A DNA stretch of 64,000 bases from NCBI GenBank assembly GCA_050575255.1, contig JBNZDD010013634.1:1882494-1946493 (forward strand). The letters are read 5' to 3'. The notes beneath the pieces are model-generated. The model saw only the letters and a program-made list of their open reading frames with translations. It was not told the origin of the DNA and did no database searches. This DNA is from Harriotta raleighana (taxonomy: Eukaryota). Both the position numbers and the translations under genes were made by a program. Shown here piece by piece: positions 12,572-24,210 of this stretch; the stretch's first letter is position 1; every line of letters starts with the position of its first letter.

Positions 12572-13524
12572 CCAATTGTGATTGTATTCTCATCTGGAGA
12601 GTGGCAAGGCTTCCATTGTGTAAGCTTTTTAATGTCTGATCTCAGTTAAACTTATTTTGCCCCCATACAGACCGGAACTGAAGAACCTTCTCTCTCTCTT
12701 TCTAAGTGCGATGATGAATTATTGACCCCGCATCCACCCTTCACCGCCCCTCCCTCCCCCCCTCCCATTCCCCAACCACACTACTAGGCTCCATTGTTTT
12801 TGATATATTTTCTCCACCATACAGACAATGTCCTATTATCTAATCTCTCGCCAGCCAAAAAGGGACACAAGTGATGGGTTTCCAAGTCTCATACAATGCA
12901 ACAACATACACACTTATCAGCTATAGAAACCATATTTTATAGAGGTCTTCTTGAAACAAGGCTCGAATTGGGTAGACTGTTTTGATAATCAATGAATTAT
13001 TTTGTTGACTAATAAACTATTCCCCAAAGATGCGTTGAACCCTCATCTAACCACACCATATATTAATCACTTAGTGGGGAAAGTATGAAGGTTGTTTCTG
13101 GAATTGTTTCTGCTTCTGGTCTTTACGGTCATTAATTGCTTGGGGCTTATCCCCGAGCTTACAATTTGAGCTCAATAGCGCACAAGGGGAATGGAACTCA
13201 GCACATATACACCCAGCTCGTATTTTAGGAGGTGAAGGGAAGAGGTCAAAATGGGATCATTTTAATTCAACAATTTCTATTTCCTCCATGTAGTCTTAGA
13301 AAGATTTACGTTCTGTTTCTGCCTAAACCTTATTTTCCTGCTACTTATTTTTAACCCTGTGCCTTCTTAGACAACTAAGCATCAGAATGGTAGCTCAGGC
13401 CATAGCTAACAATGTGTATCACAAACTCAGCTGTTTGCACTCTCTCAGTGCTGTTTGTATAAAGGGGTGCATCTGTTTCTGGTTGCATTGTATACGAATA
13501 TTGCAATCATGGCTTGGGTCAGGA

Positions 13525-13652
13525 CGGGGAGGGGGAAGGGGGAGGGGAAAGAGGAGGGGGGAAGAGGAGGGTGGGAGGAAGATATGGGGGGAGAAAGAGA
13601 AGGGCGTAGAAAGAGGAGAGGGGAAAGAGAAGGTGGGGGAGAAAGAGGGGAA
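13525..13652. repeat. Purine-rich (G/A) low-complexity tract
   Basis: About 125 nt of almost exclusively G and A with many GGG runs. Confidence 0.85.
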
Positions 13653-15512
13653 ATGAACAACAGGCAAGAGTTCTGTTTAAACCCAGCCTTTCCAGATAAG
13701 CAGGCTAAACAAATTATTTTCAGAAACAATGCCAAATACTGTGGCATGAGCTATTCTGTACTTCAGTGGGAGGTAGGATGGTTGAAAACACTTTTGTGAG
13801 TTTGATTTGCAGGACTCAAGATTGCACTAAAACTGTAATTACACAGGAAGGATGTTATTTCCCCAAGACATTCAGTGAGATCCCCAGAAATTCCGATCGC
13901 AGAAATTCCGATCGCCAAAATAAGTGTGTTACCACTATAGTTACCATAAATTTGTCATTATATTCCATGAAGCACTTTGAGATGTCTGGAAGATGTGATA
14001 AGGTGCTTCAATTCACTTTACAGTATATTCTGTGAAGTGCTTTGAGAAGTCTAGAAGATGTGAAAAGCGCTATATCAATGCCAGGATTATTATATATTGT
14101 TATTTTAATTGCAGAATTTAATCATTTTTATTAGAAATAGCAATCGGCTCGCAAATTCACTATCATATCAATGCCTCCTCCTTGTATTTAGCTTTCTGAG
14201 CCCTTTAATTAATAAGAGGAAGACTGAACTGGTTGCAGTTTTTCCACTCTGGATCAGGGTTGAGGGAGCAAGGCGTGTGTGTATGTGTTGGTTGGGGGAG
14301 AGGGAGTGGTAAGAAGTAAGAGCAGTAGAAAGAAAAATGATCAAATATTACTCCAAAATTTGTGTCCACAGGTAAAATGTTTCCATCCTGTGAAATTAGT
14401 GAAATCGGAGTTAAATGAAGTTTGAGGACAAATTTGTTAACAAGTTTAACAGGACTGAAGGGGTCTCGACTTAAGACTGGTGGGTTGTTTAGTTGGTTGG
14501 ATGGTGTGTGGGGGAAGGAGAGTGGGGAGAGAATGCTTTAAAGGGGATCCCATTTTTGTCTCAATGTTACATTCCAAACAAAGCGAAGCAGATATTCGCT
14601 TGAAAATAAAGAGACTTCCCACAAGATTGTCGCTCTTGAATCTGTTCTGGGGCTCACACCTCAGGTTGTGGGGTGGGGTGGGGTGGGGGAGGAAGAGGAG
14701 ACTCTGCTCTGTTCTTGATCAGCTTTTTGGGTTCTTGATTACGGTTGCACATTGAGGTTGAAAGGGAGTGTGGAATCCATGATTGGCCGGGGTTGACTGG
14801 GCAGTGAAGGGAGACGACCAAATTACCCTATAAAATATTGTCTCATTCCATGCTTTTTCATAAAGAGGATTAAAGATTTACTGGCAGCACCTCATTACCT
14901 TGCATGTGCTCTGTAGCGTCTTGCCCTCATAAACCGTCTTTTAATTTCCTCCTTGGTCTAACAGCAGCTATTTGTGGCTGTGTCGGCAAACTATCTTCAC
15001 ATTCTATTCATATCACTTTGAAACTGTTTGTCCTTCTCTTGATAAGAGACGAAGATCAACGACACAGAAAACGATGCTGGGTTTTTCAAAGTTATTGCAG
15101 TAGTTACGCGACAAAAACCTTAACGAGCAGAATCACTGCAGCTCTACAGCTTTTAGCAACTTCCTATCTGTCCAAGCGTTATTTTGCGGATGTAGAATCT
15201 TTTGAGCAAACATTTTTTTCCCACAGGGAGAGAATACTGTACTGACACAGGTCCCACTTTGGCAGAGAAATCTGGGTTAAAGTTGGGGTCTTCTTTCTTA
15301 AGGTTAAAAGGGAACAAGCTGCAAAGGTAATCGGTATGCATAATATAATAATAATCCTTGCATTTGCTACAGCATATCAGAAGGACATCTCAAAGCATTT
15401 CACAGATGCGGTGACTGTGAAACGCGGTAGCGCAATTGCACACAGCCAGTGTCCCACAAAGAGTTCCCCAGTGCCTAATCAACGTAAATAAAATGTGGGC
15501 ATTGCCTGTTAC

Positions 15513-15661
15513 CTCAGTTTGTCTGCGATGAATATCACTCGTCGCTCAAGCAGTAGAGAAGCAAAGATCCTGATGACCTGCCGGACGCTGAGGCAACTGA
15601 AGAGACAATCAAAGTCCACGTGCTCCAACCGAGAATCCATGGGACGTCGCAGTTCAATAAC
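15513..15661 (-). CDS. DENND2B: DENND2B exon (VIELRRPMDSRLEHVDFDCLFSCLSVRQVIRIFASLLLERRVIFIADKL)
   Basis: AG/GT boundaries, 149 nt, phase 0-2; translated by hand because it is absent from the ORF track. Confidence 0.96.
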
Positions 15662-16548
15662 CTGCAGTAACAACAACAACATTTATATAGAGTCCTTCAC
15701 ACAAGCTAGCGTCCTGGCAGCGATAACAGAGTTGGAGTGTTTAATCACATATAGTTCCAACCTATTGCTCTAGGACACGGGTAAGCCTTATACAGTATTC
15801 AACTATCTTTATTATTCTCCACACTTGTTATTGACATCTAGTGAACATGAACCTGTGCGGATGATATCTTGACGTCAAATTGGAACAGTTTTTATCTTTT
15901 CTGCGATGTATTTTTGAAATGTTATTGGTACATCGACATTGGGATACCAAGCTTTGATTCAACATCTAGCCAAAGTTCATGATATGCCACAGAAAAGACA
16001 TTACTTCATTATGACACAGGAGTTGAAGATATATGGAAACTTTTGATATGTTCCACGCTTTTCTCTTAGTTCCCCTGGTCATGCTCAGCACTATTGACAA
16101 ATAATTGTTTAAAAAAAAGTTTATTTTTAAAAAACGTTTAAAACCTATATATTTGTAAGGAATAACTGAAACAGTGAGTTTAAGACAATGATTTGGATTC
16201 ATGGTTTTGCTGACTTAAGAGTCACGGTTTAAGTTTCTCGAACTTTACTTTTTGAGGTTTGTGATCTCAGTGGAACAGCTTGGACGGATTAAGACTTTAA
16301 AAGGCACTGCCAGACGTCCATTATCTTCCACAGCTCCGATTAAATGTGCGTTTCCAGCTCCACAAATGTATACTTTGTTTATTTCATGCATGTAATTTAG
16401 TTTTGCATTGTGCTCATTGCTCATCTTCTGGAGATGGTTTAGTACAGTGCATTCTAATGATTTTAAGCGACATTTTCAAATGAACATTTTCAGGCACAGC
16501 TAAAGAGTTAGTATCTTGTATCTACTTTATAGCAATGAATGTACCTAC

Positions 16549-16666
16549 ATTCTGATGTAAGGTCATGGACCTGAAACGTTAACTCATTTGCCTCTCTCCA
16601 TAGATGCTGCCTAACCCGCTGCGTGTTCCCATTTTGTTTTTATTTCAGATTTCCAGCGTCTGCAGT
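16549..16666 (+). mobile_element. Single-arm Penelope-like relic with degenerate hammerhead core
   Basis: CTGATGTAAGGTCATGGACCTGAAACGTTAAC...CTCCATAGATGCTGCC...TTTCAGATTTCCAGC, the same family as 12353-12571. Confidence 0.65.
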
Positions 16667-16676
16667 CACCCCTCAC

Positions 16677-16817
16677 CTCATTCCCAGCTCCTGGAAGAAA
16701 GGTCTTGACTCGTATTGTCCTTCCTGGGGCTGGGAAGGGAGACTCCATAAGGCTCCTCATGAATGGATAGACCAGGGCAGCAGAAACTCCACGTCTTCTT
16801 TCCACCTCATCCAGAAT
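16677..16817 (-). CDS. DENND2B: DENND2B exon (ILDEVERRRGVSAALVYPFMRSLMESPFPAPGRTIRVKTFLPGAGNE)
   Basis: AG/GT boundaries, 141 nt, phase 0-0. Confidence 0.96.
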
Positions 16818-19800
16818 CTGGTCAGGCAGAATGTCAAGCATTATCAAAAATCCAGATCAATTTTCCCCACAGTTGTTCCTTGCTCGCTGACCACTAAATG
16901 TTTTGGACGAGACATCACATGTCACAATCAATTCCTACAGTAGTAACAGATTTGTCTTTCAGTGATCTTAATTCAGCCATTGGTAAATCTTACTTACAAA
17001 TACCCTTGTAATGGATGCAACGGGAAAAGGAATGAAGTGAGGATGAGAAGAGAGAGGGACAGTGATAGAGAGGTAGAGAAATTGGATGAAGGCTAGTGAT
17101 GAGCGAATCATCCATTGAAGGAGGATGTTCATAAGATCACTAAGTTAGTTTGGTGGAGAAGCTCACAACTCCAAGTAACTCTACCGATAAAGGGTGAACC
17201 ATCCCCTTCTGCATCTGGTTTCATTTTTATTTCATTGTGGGATTTTGAATCTTCTGTCATGGTACAGCGGCAGCCGGCTTGCTAGAAATACTCTCCAGAT
17301 GTGCTGTGCACCGTGCAAATATTTGATACCGTCTCACACAAAACCATTTGAATTATGTCATGTGCCGAGAATCATCAAGAAACTTTATTGCAATTTAAAG
17401 CTTGGATATCGTGCATCTCTTACCAGTATATTTTGGTCAATTTTCTCTCTGTATCTGGTGTGCATTAAACTCAACAATATTAAACCCCCTTGGAGTCCTG
17501 AACCAATGTGAAAAAAGAAAAGTAAAGAAAATCCATGGGCAGTTTTTGCTTGACTTCTCCTATGGGGAAATCATGTGGTATTGCATATAATGAGGGAAAG
17601 TCCATTTGTAAAAGGATACGTTGCATGGGCTTGTGTTTTGCTAAGCCTTCTAGACCCACAGAAGTGTCTCTGCTTGGTAATATCATCAATCAGAAACATT
17701 TGCAACCAATGTGTAGAGAGATTATTACCGCAGTGATGTGATCCGATTGACCACTAACCCTTGACAAACTTTCCCACTCCAAGGACTTTGACCACATTTC
17801 AAAAGTAGTCACACACATGTCTTTGGGTTGCAGTAATGCTTGTGTTCTGATGTCATACTGTCTCTATTTGGGTCTGCGAATGAATGGATGAACTCCCCTT
17901 GAGCTCAGTGATTAAACTATGCAACCCTCCCCACACCCCTTCCCAGCAAAGAAGTTCTTGAATCACACATATTGGCAGTTAAACTGGGATGTCCTCCCAG
18001 CCTGAAAGGCGCTAAACAAATGTAATTTTGTTTTTGTTGTTTTTATACACTAATAAACTAACTATCTCAAGTGTCATTTTCTGGAGGTTTTCATGCAATG
18101 TACTTGGGGATAATATTTCAGCTGGGCAACAAGGAAAGGGTTAAATGCGCATTTCTTCCTGCCAACATGGCTTAATATATATATTTTTAAAAGCTCTTTA
18201 CAAAGCTACGGTTCGTCTAGCAAGAGAAACCTGAGCTGAACAGACTGCTGAGCCATCCAGGAGTCAGGACCAGCTAATATGCAACAGGCCTGAAACACGT
18301 TCTTGAAATCTCAACTCTTACTGATACTCCTTTGCCCAGGCATCCAGGTCAACCTGCCGTCTTTTTGACATTTCCGGAAATATACAGAACAAGTCCAAAA
18401 ATTAAACAAATATTTTATCAGCTTCCTGCTTGACCCAGTTCCCTGTCTCATCTTCCGCTTATGTCCTTTCATCATAACATCTGCTGTGTTTGGCTCTCTG
18501 TATCCCCCTAGTCTGGAACACTTAGCGCACCAGCCCTATACCATAAACCCTATGAGCTTCTATGAGTCCCCTATGGCTTCTCGCTTCAGTTTAGCTCTGA
18601 AATTTTAAAAGGAGATAGAATCAGCAGATACACTGTCTGCCTACTCTATATTTTTAGGTGAAAGGCTCTCTGATGTTGTGTCTCCAAACTTTAAGTGCTG
18701 TTGTCTCAGAGAGCAGACACTGGCTTGCAACAGAGTAAGGAGAGTGTGACTGCTTATCATTTTACTAAGGATTATTCCAAAATGTTTTTATAATGGGTGC
18801 AATCGGTAAAAATATTTATTTTACTAGTTTCTTATTTTTAGGTATTGCTGTGTTATAATAAAATTCCTTGCATTTGATACAGCACCTTTCACATCAGGCG
18901 AACTTCTCAAAGGGATCGACAGGGTTTACTCTGTACACGTTGGCAAAGCTGAACAAAAAATCCATTGCATTCTTTTCTGTTTCAAAATGCTTAGGTTGGG
19001 TTTTTGTTCTTCCAACTTCACCATTTGCAGTTATTCTGTGAGCAATACACATCTCGCAAAGCTCTGCCTCGCTACTTCCTCTGCCTCCTTCTAATTTCCT
19101 CTCAGTGTTTAGAATTTCTTTTGGGACCTAACTGCTATTCTTCTGGTCACAAGCTTTAATCGGGATTCCTTTCCCAAACCACACGGCCAATTTCATTCCA
19201 TTGGGTTTTTAAAGGGAACTTTTGTTTCAAGGTTCACAAGTTTTGAAATCGAATCTGTATGGGGTCAACCAGCACCATCCCTTTAATTGGGGGGAAGGGG
19301 AGATTTTGCCATTTCCCACTGAAGGAGAAATGCTTTTGTGCTAGACTGCATCTCCTCCAGACAAACATTGGGGATCATTACTGCAAATTAAACCCCAGCA
19401 ATGCTTAGTGATTTCCAAGCTTGCTGATCAGAACCACCACGGGCAGACTCAGAGCTAACGTGGAGCAAATCTTGCCTCTTCCAGCATTTTAGTTCTCTCA
19501 ACAATTCCCAAGTTAAAAAAAATCATTTTCATAACAACTTGTTAAATCCACGTTGCAAGGTAACTATCGAATGTGGTAGCTATTCCCGCAGCCAAGAACT
19601 TCAGCCCAGCAAGGTCCCACAAACAGCTGTGAGGTAGGTGAATGGCCAATTCATCAAAAGATTGTACTCAACATTTCTTATAGTTCTTTGCCCCGAATGT
19701 CTATTATCTGTCAACTCCCTGCCCTCTCTGCTCATTTGTGCTTTCTCTCTCCATTTGGATGATGAGCTAAGAGTTGGTAATTCATTGGTGGTATTTCATG

Positions 19801-19829
19801 TTGATACTGTTCACATCTTGGCAGATGGA

Positions 19830-19995
19830 TAACAAAGATGACACTATTTTGAAGAACAGAGAGTTTGCCAGGTGGCCATGCTCATCCACATTCATCAATG
19901 AAACAGATTAAATAGTCAATCATTTTACTGCTGAGTGTAGGAGCTCACTGAGGTGGATTAACTACTCTGTTTCCTTACATAACACTACCTGTGCG
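19830..19995 (+). mobile_element. Deu-domain SINE fragment
   Basis: CACTATTTTGAAGAACAG...AAACAGATTA..GTC..ATT...GCTG resembles the DeuSINE central domain. Confidence 0.45.
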
Positions 19996-20184
19996 TAATC
20001 ACAAAGAGATATTTATCAAAAAAGAATCCTTAGAGGCAGTAGTTTTAATAATTCATACAAAGCCATTTCCCTTTGTATGGATTTTTGATTTGACCCCGGT
20101 ACTCTCTCAGTAATCATTTGTATCAATGTCAAGGAGATATCAGCTAAAGTTTATTTTCCTGCCCCTTAAGTTATAAGCCTTTAC

Positions 20185-20262
20185 CTTTGAGAATAATGTG
20201 AAGCAGCCCAGCCGACTGATAACGCAGTAAACCTCCGGTAAGCGAGGCCCTTTTCCACTTGG
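20185..20262 (-). CDS. DENND2B: DENND2B exon (PSGKGPRLPEVYCVISRLGCFTLFSK)
   Basis: AG/GT boundaries, 78 nt, phase 0-0. Confidence 0.96.
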
Positions 20263-20489
20263 CTGAAAATAAGAGTAAATAAAGTCAGCACAGAACAAGC
20301 TGTATGCTGTTAGCACCTTCATGATTTGGCATTAAAAGCAATGGTATTATTCTATTATGGTCAACTGGTGTCCTACCAAAGGCATAGGCCTCAAGAAAGT
20401 TGGCAATGATGTCACATATTGCCACCACTACTTTCTGAAAGCATCTTGTATTACACCATTACATCGAATGCTTGTTTCCTGGGAAAACA

Positions 20490-20799
20490 TAATAAAAATA
20501 ATCCTTGCATTTGATATAGCGCTTTTCACATCTTGCAGACGTCTCAAAGCGACTTCACAAAATATACTGTAAAGTGAATTGACTATATATGTGGGCGAAA
20601 CATGGCAGCCAATTGTGCACAGCAGTATCCCACAAACAGTCGCTGAATGAACATGACCAATTTATTATTCTTTTTAGGGATTATTATCAGGCGTTTGGAG
20701 TAAGGAAATTTGCCCAAGGTTTCACCCCCTGCCTGGAATCAAACCCAGGTCTCTCACTTGTAAGGCATGTGCACTAAGCACTGAGCTGCAGGACTCCAC
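20490..20799 (-). mobile_element. tRNA-derived SINE (same family as 8362)
   Basis: ATAATCCTTGCATTTGATATAGCGCTTTTCAC...CACTGAGCTGCAGGACTCCAC. Confidence 0.85.
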
Positions 20800-22774
20800 A
20801 GAGTCAAATACTATCCTGCAAGTGTCAGCTTGATTTCCAGCTCCTCAAATTATATACTTTGTTGGTTTTCAAAAGAATTTTTAAGCATAGCAGCTCTGTC
20901 ACAGCAACTTGGCTGGGCTTGAAACCAATCATGTTAGAGGGTTACTTACATTAAGTCCTCCCTTCAATCACCTCCTCTAATAGGCCATTGAGGACCTTGG
21001 TCAGTTCAATAATGTGCTGTTTGTCTTCTTCTAACAAAGGAATTGCTAGTTGGTGCCCAAATTGACTCTACTTCCTCCCCGGCTCGTCACCAAGCTCCGC
21101 AACTTGATAAGTGCTTCTAGACTCTCTACTTTGTGAATGGTACTACACAAATGGAAATTGCTGGTTAGGAATTGTTAACCTCACTAGAGCTGGGGTCTGA
21201 ACGCTGGGGCTGAAACCAAAGGCAATATTTCCTAAACAAATTGTTAAAGAGTGAAATGCAAAAACAAATGTAAATATCTCTCTATGTTTGCCTTTGAGAC
21301 CCGGCATAGAGAGAAGAGTTGTTTGAGCCTCACAGCAAACTAGCTACTCGCCTTCTGTTACAAGCCAAGATCACAATTCGATATCATCAGTATCTAGAGC
21401 ATCTGATAACAAGCAAAATACGAAAAGACTGTGAAATAAAACGAGTGGGTGCAAGAAAGTCAAAAGTTCAAATCAACTTAAATCTCGAGTCAGATCTTTT
21501 GCATACTTTTCACATATGTATCACAAGGAATCATTGTAAGAATAAGTAACACACAATAAGAATGAGTGGTGTTTACTTCAGCTGGGAGAATCTAGTCCTC
21601 TTGAAACCTACCTAGCTTTGTTGTGTAGCCGAGCTCCCAAATTAAAAGCACCCATTGTACATGATCGATGCCCCAAACCCTTCCATGACACAATAATCTA
21701 AAGAGGAATTTTGTTGGTTAATGCCACAAATTACGAAGCCAAAAATGGAGACTGATCATCAATAATAGCCTTTATAAACACAAATATTCTCTCACTTGTA
21801 TAACTGAAAATGATTTATTATATATACCAAAAAGGATGGTGTTTCCATGACCAATGATTAGGAGATGGAATAAAACATAAAATTTGCAGAAGTTACCCTA
21901 AAACATCCTTCTTCACAATGGGTGGTGGCTGTGTTATAATACTCACACTTTGTGCTCTTACTACTGCTAAAAGGAAACAAAACTTTGCCCTGGGCTACTA
22001 TGAGGTGCAATTTAATGAATATATTAATAGATCATAGCTGGTGGCTGCAGCTCACATCTGCCTGAAGAGATGAATCTTTTTCCCTTATTAGGCAATGAAC
22101 TTGTTCGGAACGCTCTGACTGATTAAATCAGCTATGTGGAGTTTATGCTTAGAATCAAATCCACTGGAATGTCGACACCTTGCCAGCGGCCTTGGATAGC
22201 CACCAGGATGTAGATGTTTTTGATAAACGCCAATAAAAATACTTAGTTCTAAGAACATCGTTACAAACTGAAATGCTTTTTTTTCTTTAAATTGAGAGAA
22301 TTTGTATAGCCACGAAGTAACTGAGCCTCAATGTTTTCTTCGAGAGAAAAAATCTTGGTATATACTTTATGAATTGAACAAACTGAAACATTCAGTGCCA
22401 CAGATTTGATCTTTTCCATTCTGTTCGAGGACCATTCCCCAGCACTGCCATGCACATCTGGCAACAGGGGGGCAACCTGGTCCAGGGAAGCAGGTAGCCC
22501 CAGTCACCAAAAACAGTTCAGATTCCGTTGGGATTAACGTTAGGCAAGCAAGCAGAACTGTGCTAAAGTTCCTACAGTGGGACAGCAAACCTCCACTTGT
22601 ACCAGTCCGTGCTTGATAAAGGATTGATACAATGCGCTATTCTTGTAGTTGTTAAGATTGCTGTTTTGGCTAAAACTGGAAGACCATGAGCCCAACCTTG
22701 TCATATAAGCCGCTTCGCAACAGCCATCTAAATGGCTTATTACAATGAGGTAACAACAACAACTTAATAACAAG

Positions 22775-22930
22775 GATAATAGGAGACCATTCGGCCCATT
22801 AAGTCTGTTCCGGCTATTTGAAAAGAGCTATTCAAAGTCAATCCCACTCCCTGGCTCTCTCCCCATAACCTCGCAAACCCATTCTCCCCAAATAACCATC
22901 CAACGCTCTTTTAAAAGCTGTTATCAAATC
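22775..22930 (-). mobile_element. CR1 LINE 3' end fragment (copy at +2600)
   Basis: GGAGACCATTCGGCCCAT...TTTGAAAAGAGC...ATCCCACT is the reverse complement of the CR1 3' UTR seen at 300-370. Confidence 0.7.
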
Positions 22931-22954
22931 GGCGCCCTACATTTCCCCACATTC

Positions 22955-23250
22955 TTTATATAGTGCCCTACACTCCGGGCAGCGTTTCAGAGCGCTTAAC
23001 AATGTCAGAGCTCAAGGCTGAGCCAGGGTCGGTGGAAGGTGACCATAGGTGCTGTTGAAGAGAATGTTCTTCAGGCATGATGTGAAGATGGGGAAGGAGG
23101 GGGTGAGATGCAAGGATTGATAGAGGGAGTTCCAAAGTTTCTGGGCATAGTGGCTGAAAGCACAGCCGCTGATGGTGAAGTGGAGGATTAGAGGGACAAA
23201 GAGGAGGATGGAGCCAGTAGAGCGGAGGCAGTGTGAGGAGGAGTAAGTGA
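22955..23250 (-). mobile_element. L2 LINE 3' fragment (copy at +2600)
   Basis: Minus-strand translation AFSHYAQKLWNSL...SFPIFTSCLKNILF resembles the L2 ORF2 end; an L2-type tail follows. Confidence 0.7.
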
Positions 23251-23876
23251 TGCGGATGCCTGATTCACTTAATAAAAGCTGTGTTTCCACAGGGATTAAC
23301 TGTCAGTGAAACAGGAATGTAGGAGATGCCAATAAAGAAAGGTAATCTGAAAGAAGCCTTCTTGGGATTTTACAGAGTTTACTGTAACTATTGTATTAAA
23401 AAGATATGTTCTCCTGCCAATAAGATTGGCATCTCAAAACATAAACTATTCCTGCAACTCAATTAAATTCAAGTTGCTGCAGTCTTGTCAAAGTTAGCTC
23501 CTGTATTTATATTTTATTGTCCTGTGTCAATAAATTCAAGAGGGAATTAGATAGGCTTTTGACACAGAAACCAATGGACTGATAGACGGAGTAGTGGAAT
23601 TTTTTCTCTCTTAAAAAAAATTATGAACTGGCCAGTTTGTGATCTTTTCTGATCCTGATGATTCCTATTCTTAGCCACAATGCAACGAGCAACTGGGAGA
23701 TAATCAAGAGGAGCAACATTATACTAATGACCATTTCTGATTCAGGAGTAGCGTTAACTGACTCGGATAACATTGGACAAGACTTAATATTCAAAGTGGT
23801 CCAAAGTAGTCGACAAATTCAGGTGTCTGAATTCCAAATTCAGGGATGTCCTCCCGATGTGAAAGGCGCTATATAA

Positions 23877-24210
23877 ATAATAATAATAATAATCCTTGCA
23901 TTTGATATAGCGCTTTTCACATCTTATCAACGTCCCAAAGTGCTTCACAGAGCATACTGTAAAGTGAATTGACTGTATATTTGTGGGCGAAACGTGGCAA
24001 CCAATTGCGCACAGCAGTGTCCCACAAACAGTCATGGATTGAAATGACCAATTTTATTATTGTAGTTTTTTTTGAGGGATTATTATTAGGCATGCGGAGT
24101 AAGGAAACTTGCCCAAGGTTTCGCCCAGATCTGCCTGGATTTGAACACAGGCCTCATACTTGTAAGGCATGTAAGGCGAGTGCTCTAACCACTGAGCCAC
24201 AGGAGCGCCA
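23877..24210 (-). mobile_element. tRNA-derived SINE (duplicated at 26477-26810)
   Basis: (AAT)n tail, family body and tRNA head AACCACTGAGCCACAGGAGCGCCAC. Confidence 0.85.

Noticed and set aside
13387-13799. G/E/R-rich and P/S-rich ORFs
   Set aside because: Translations of the low-complexity purine tract.
14453-14478. Further hammerhead-like string CTGAAGGGGTCTCGACTTAAGAC
   Set aside because: Core and stem II are too degenerate and no family arms are visible.
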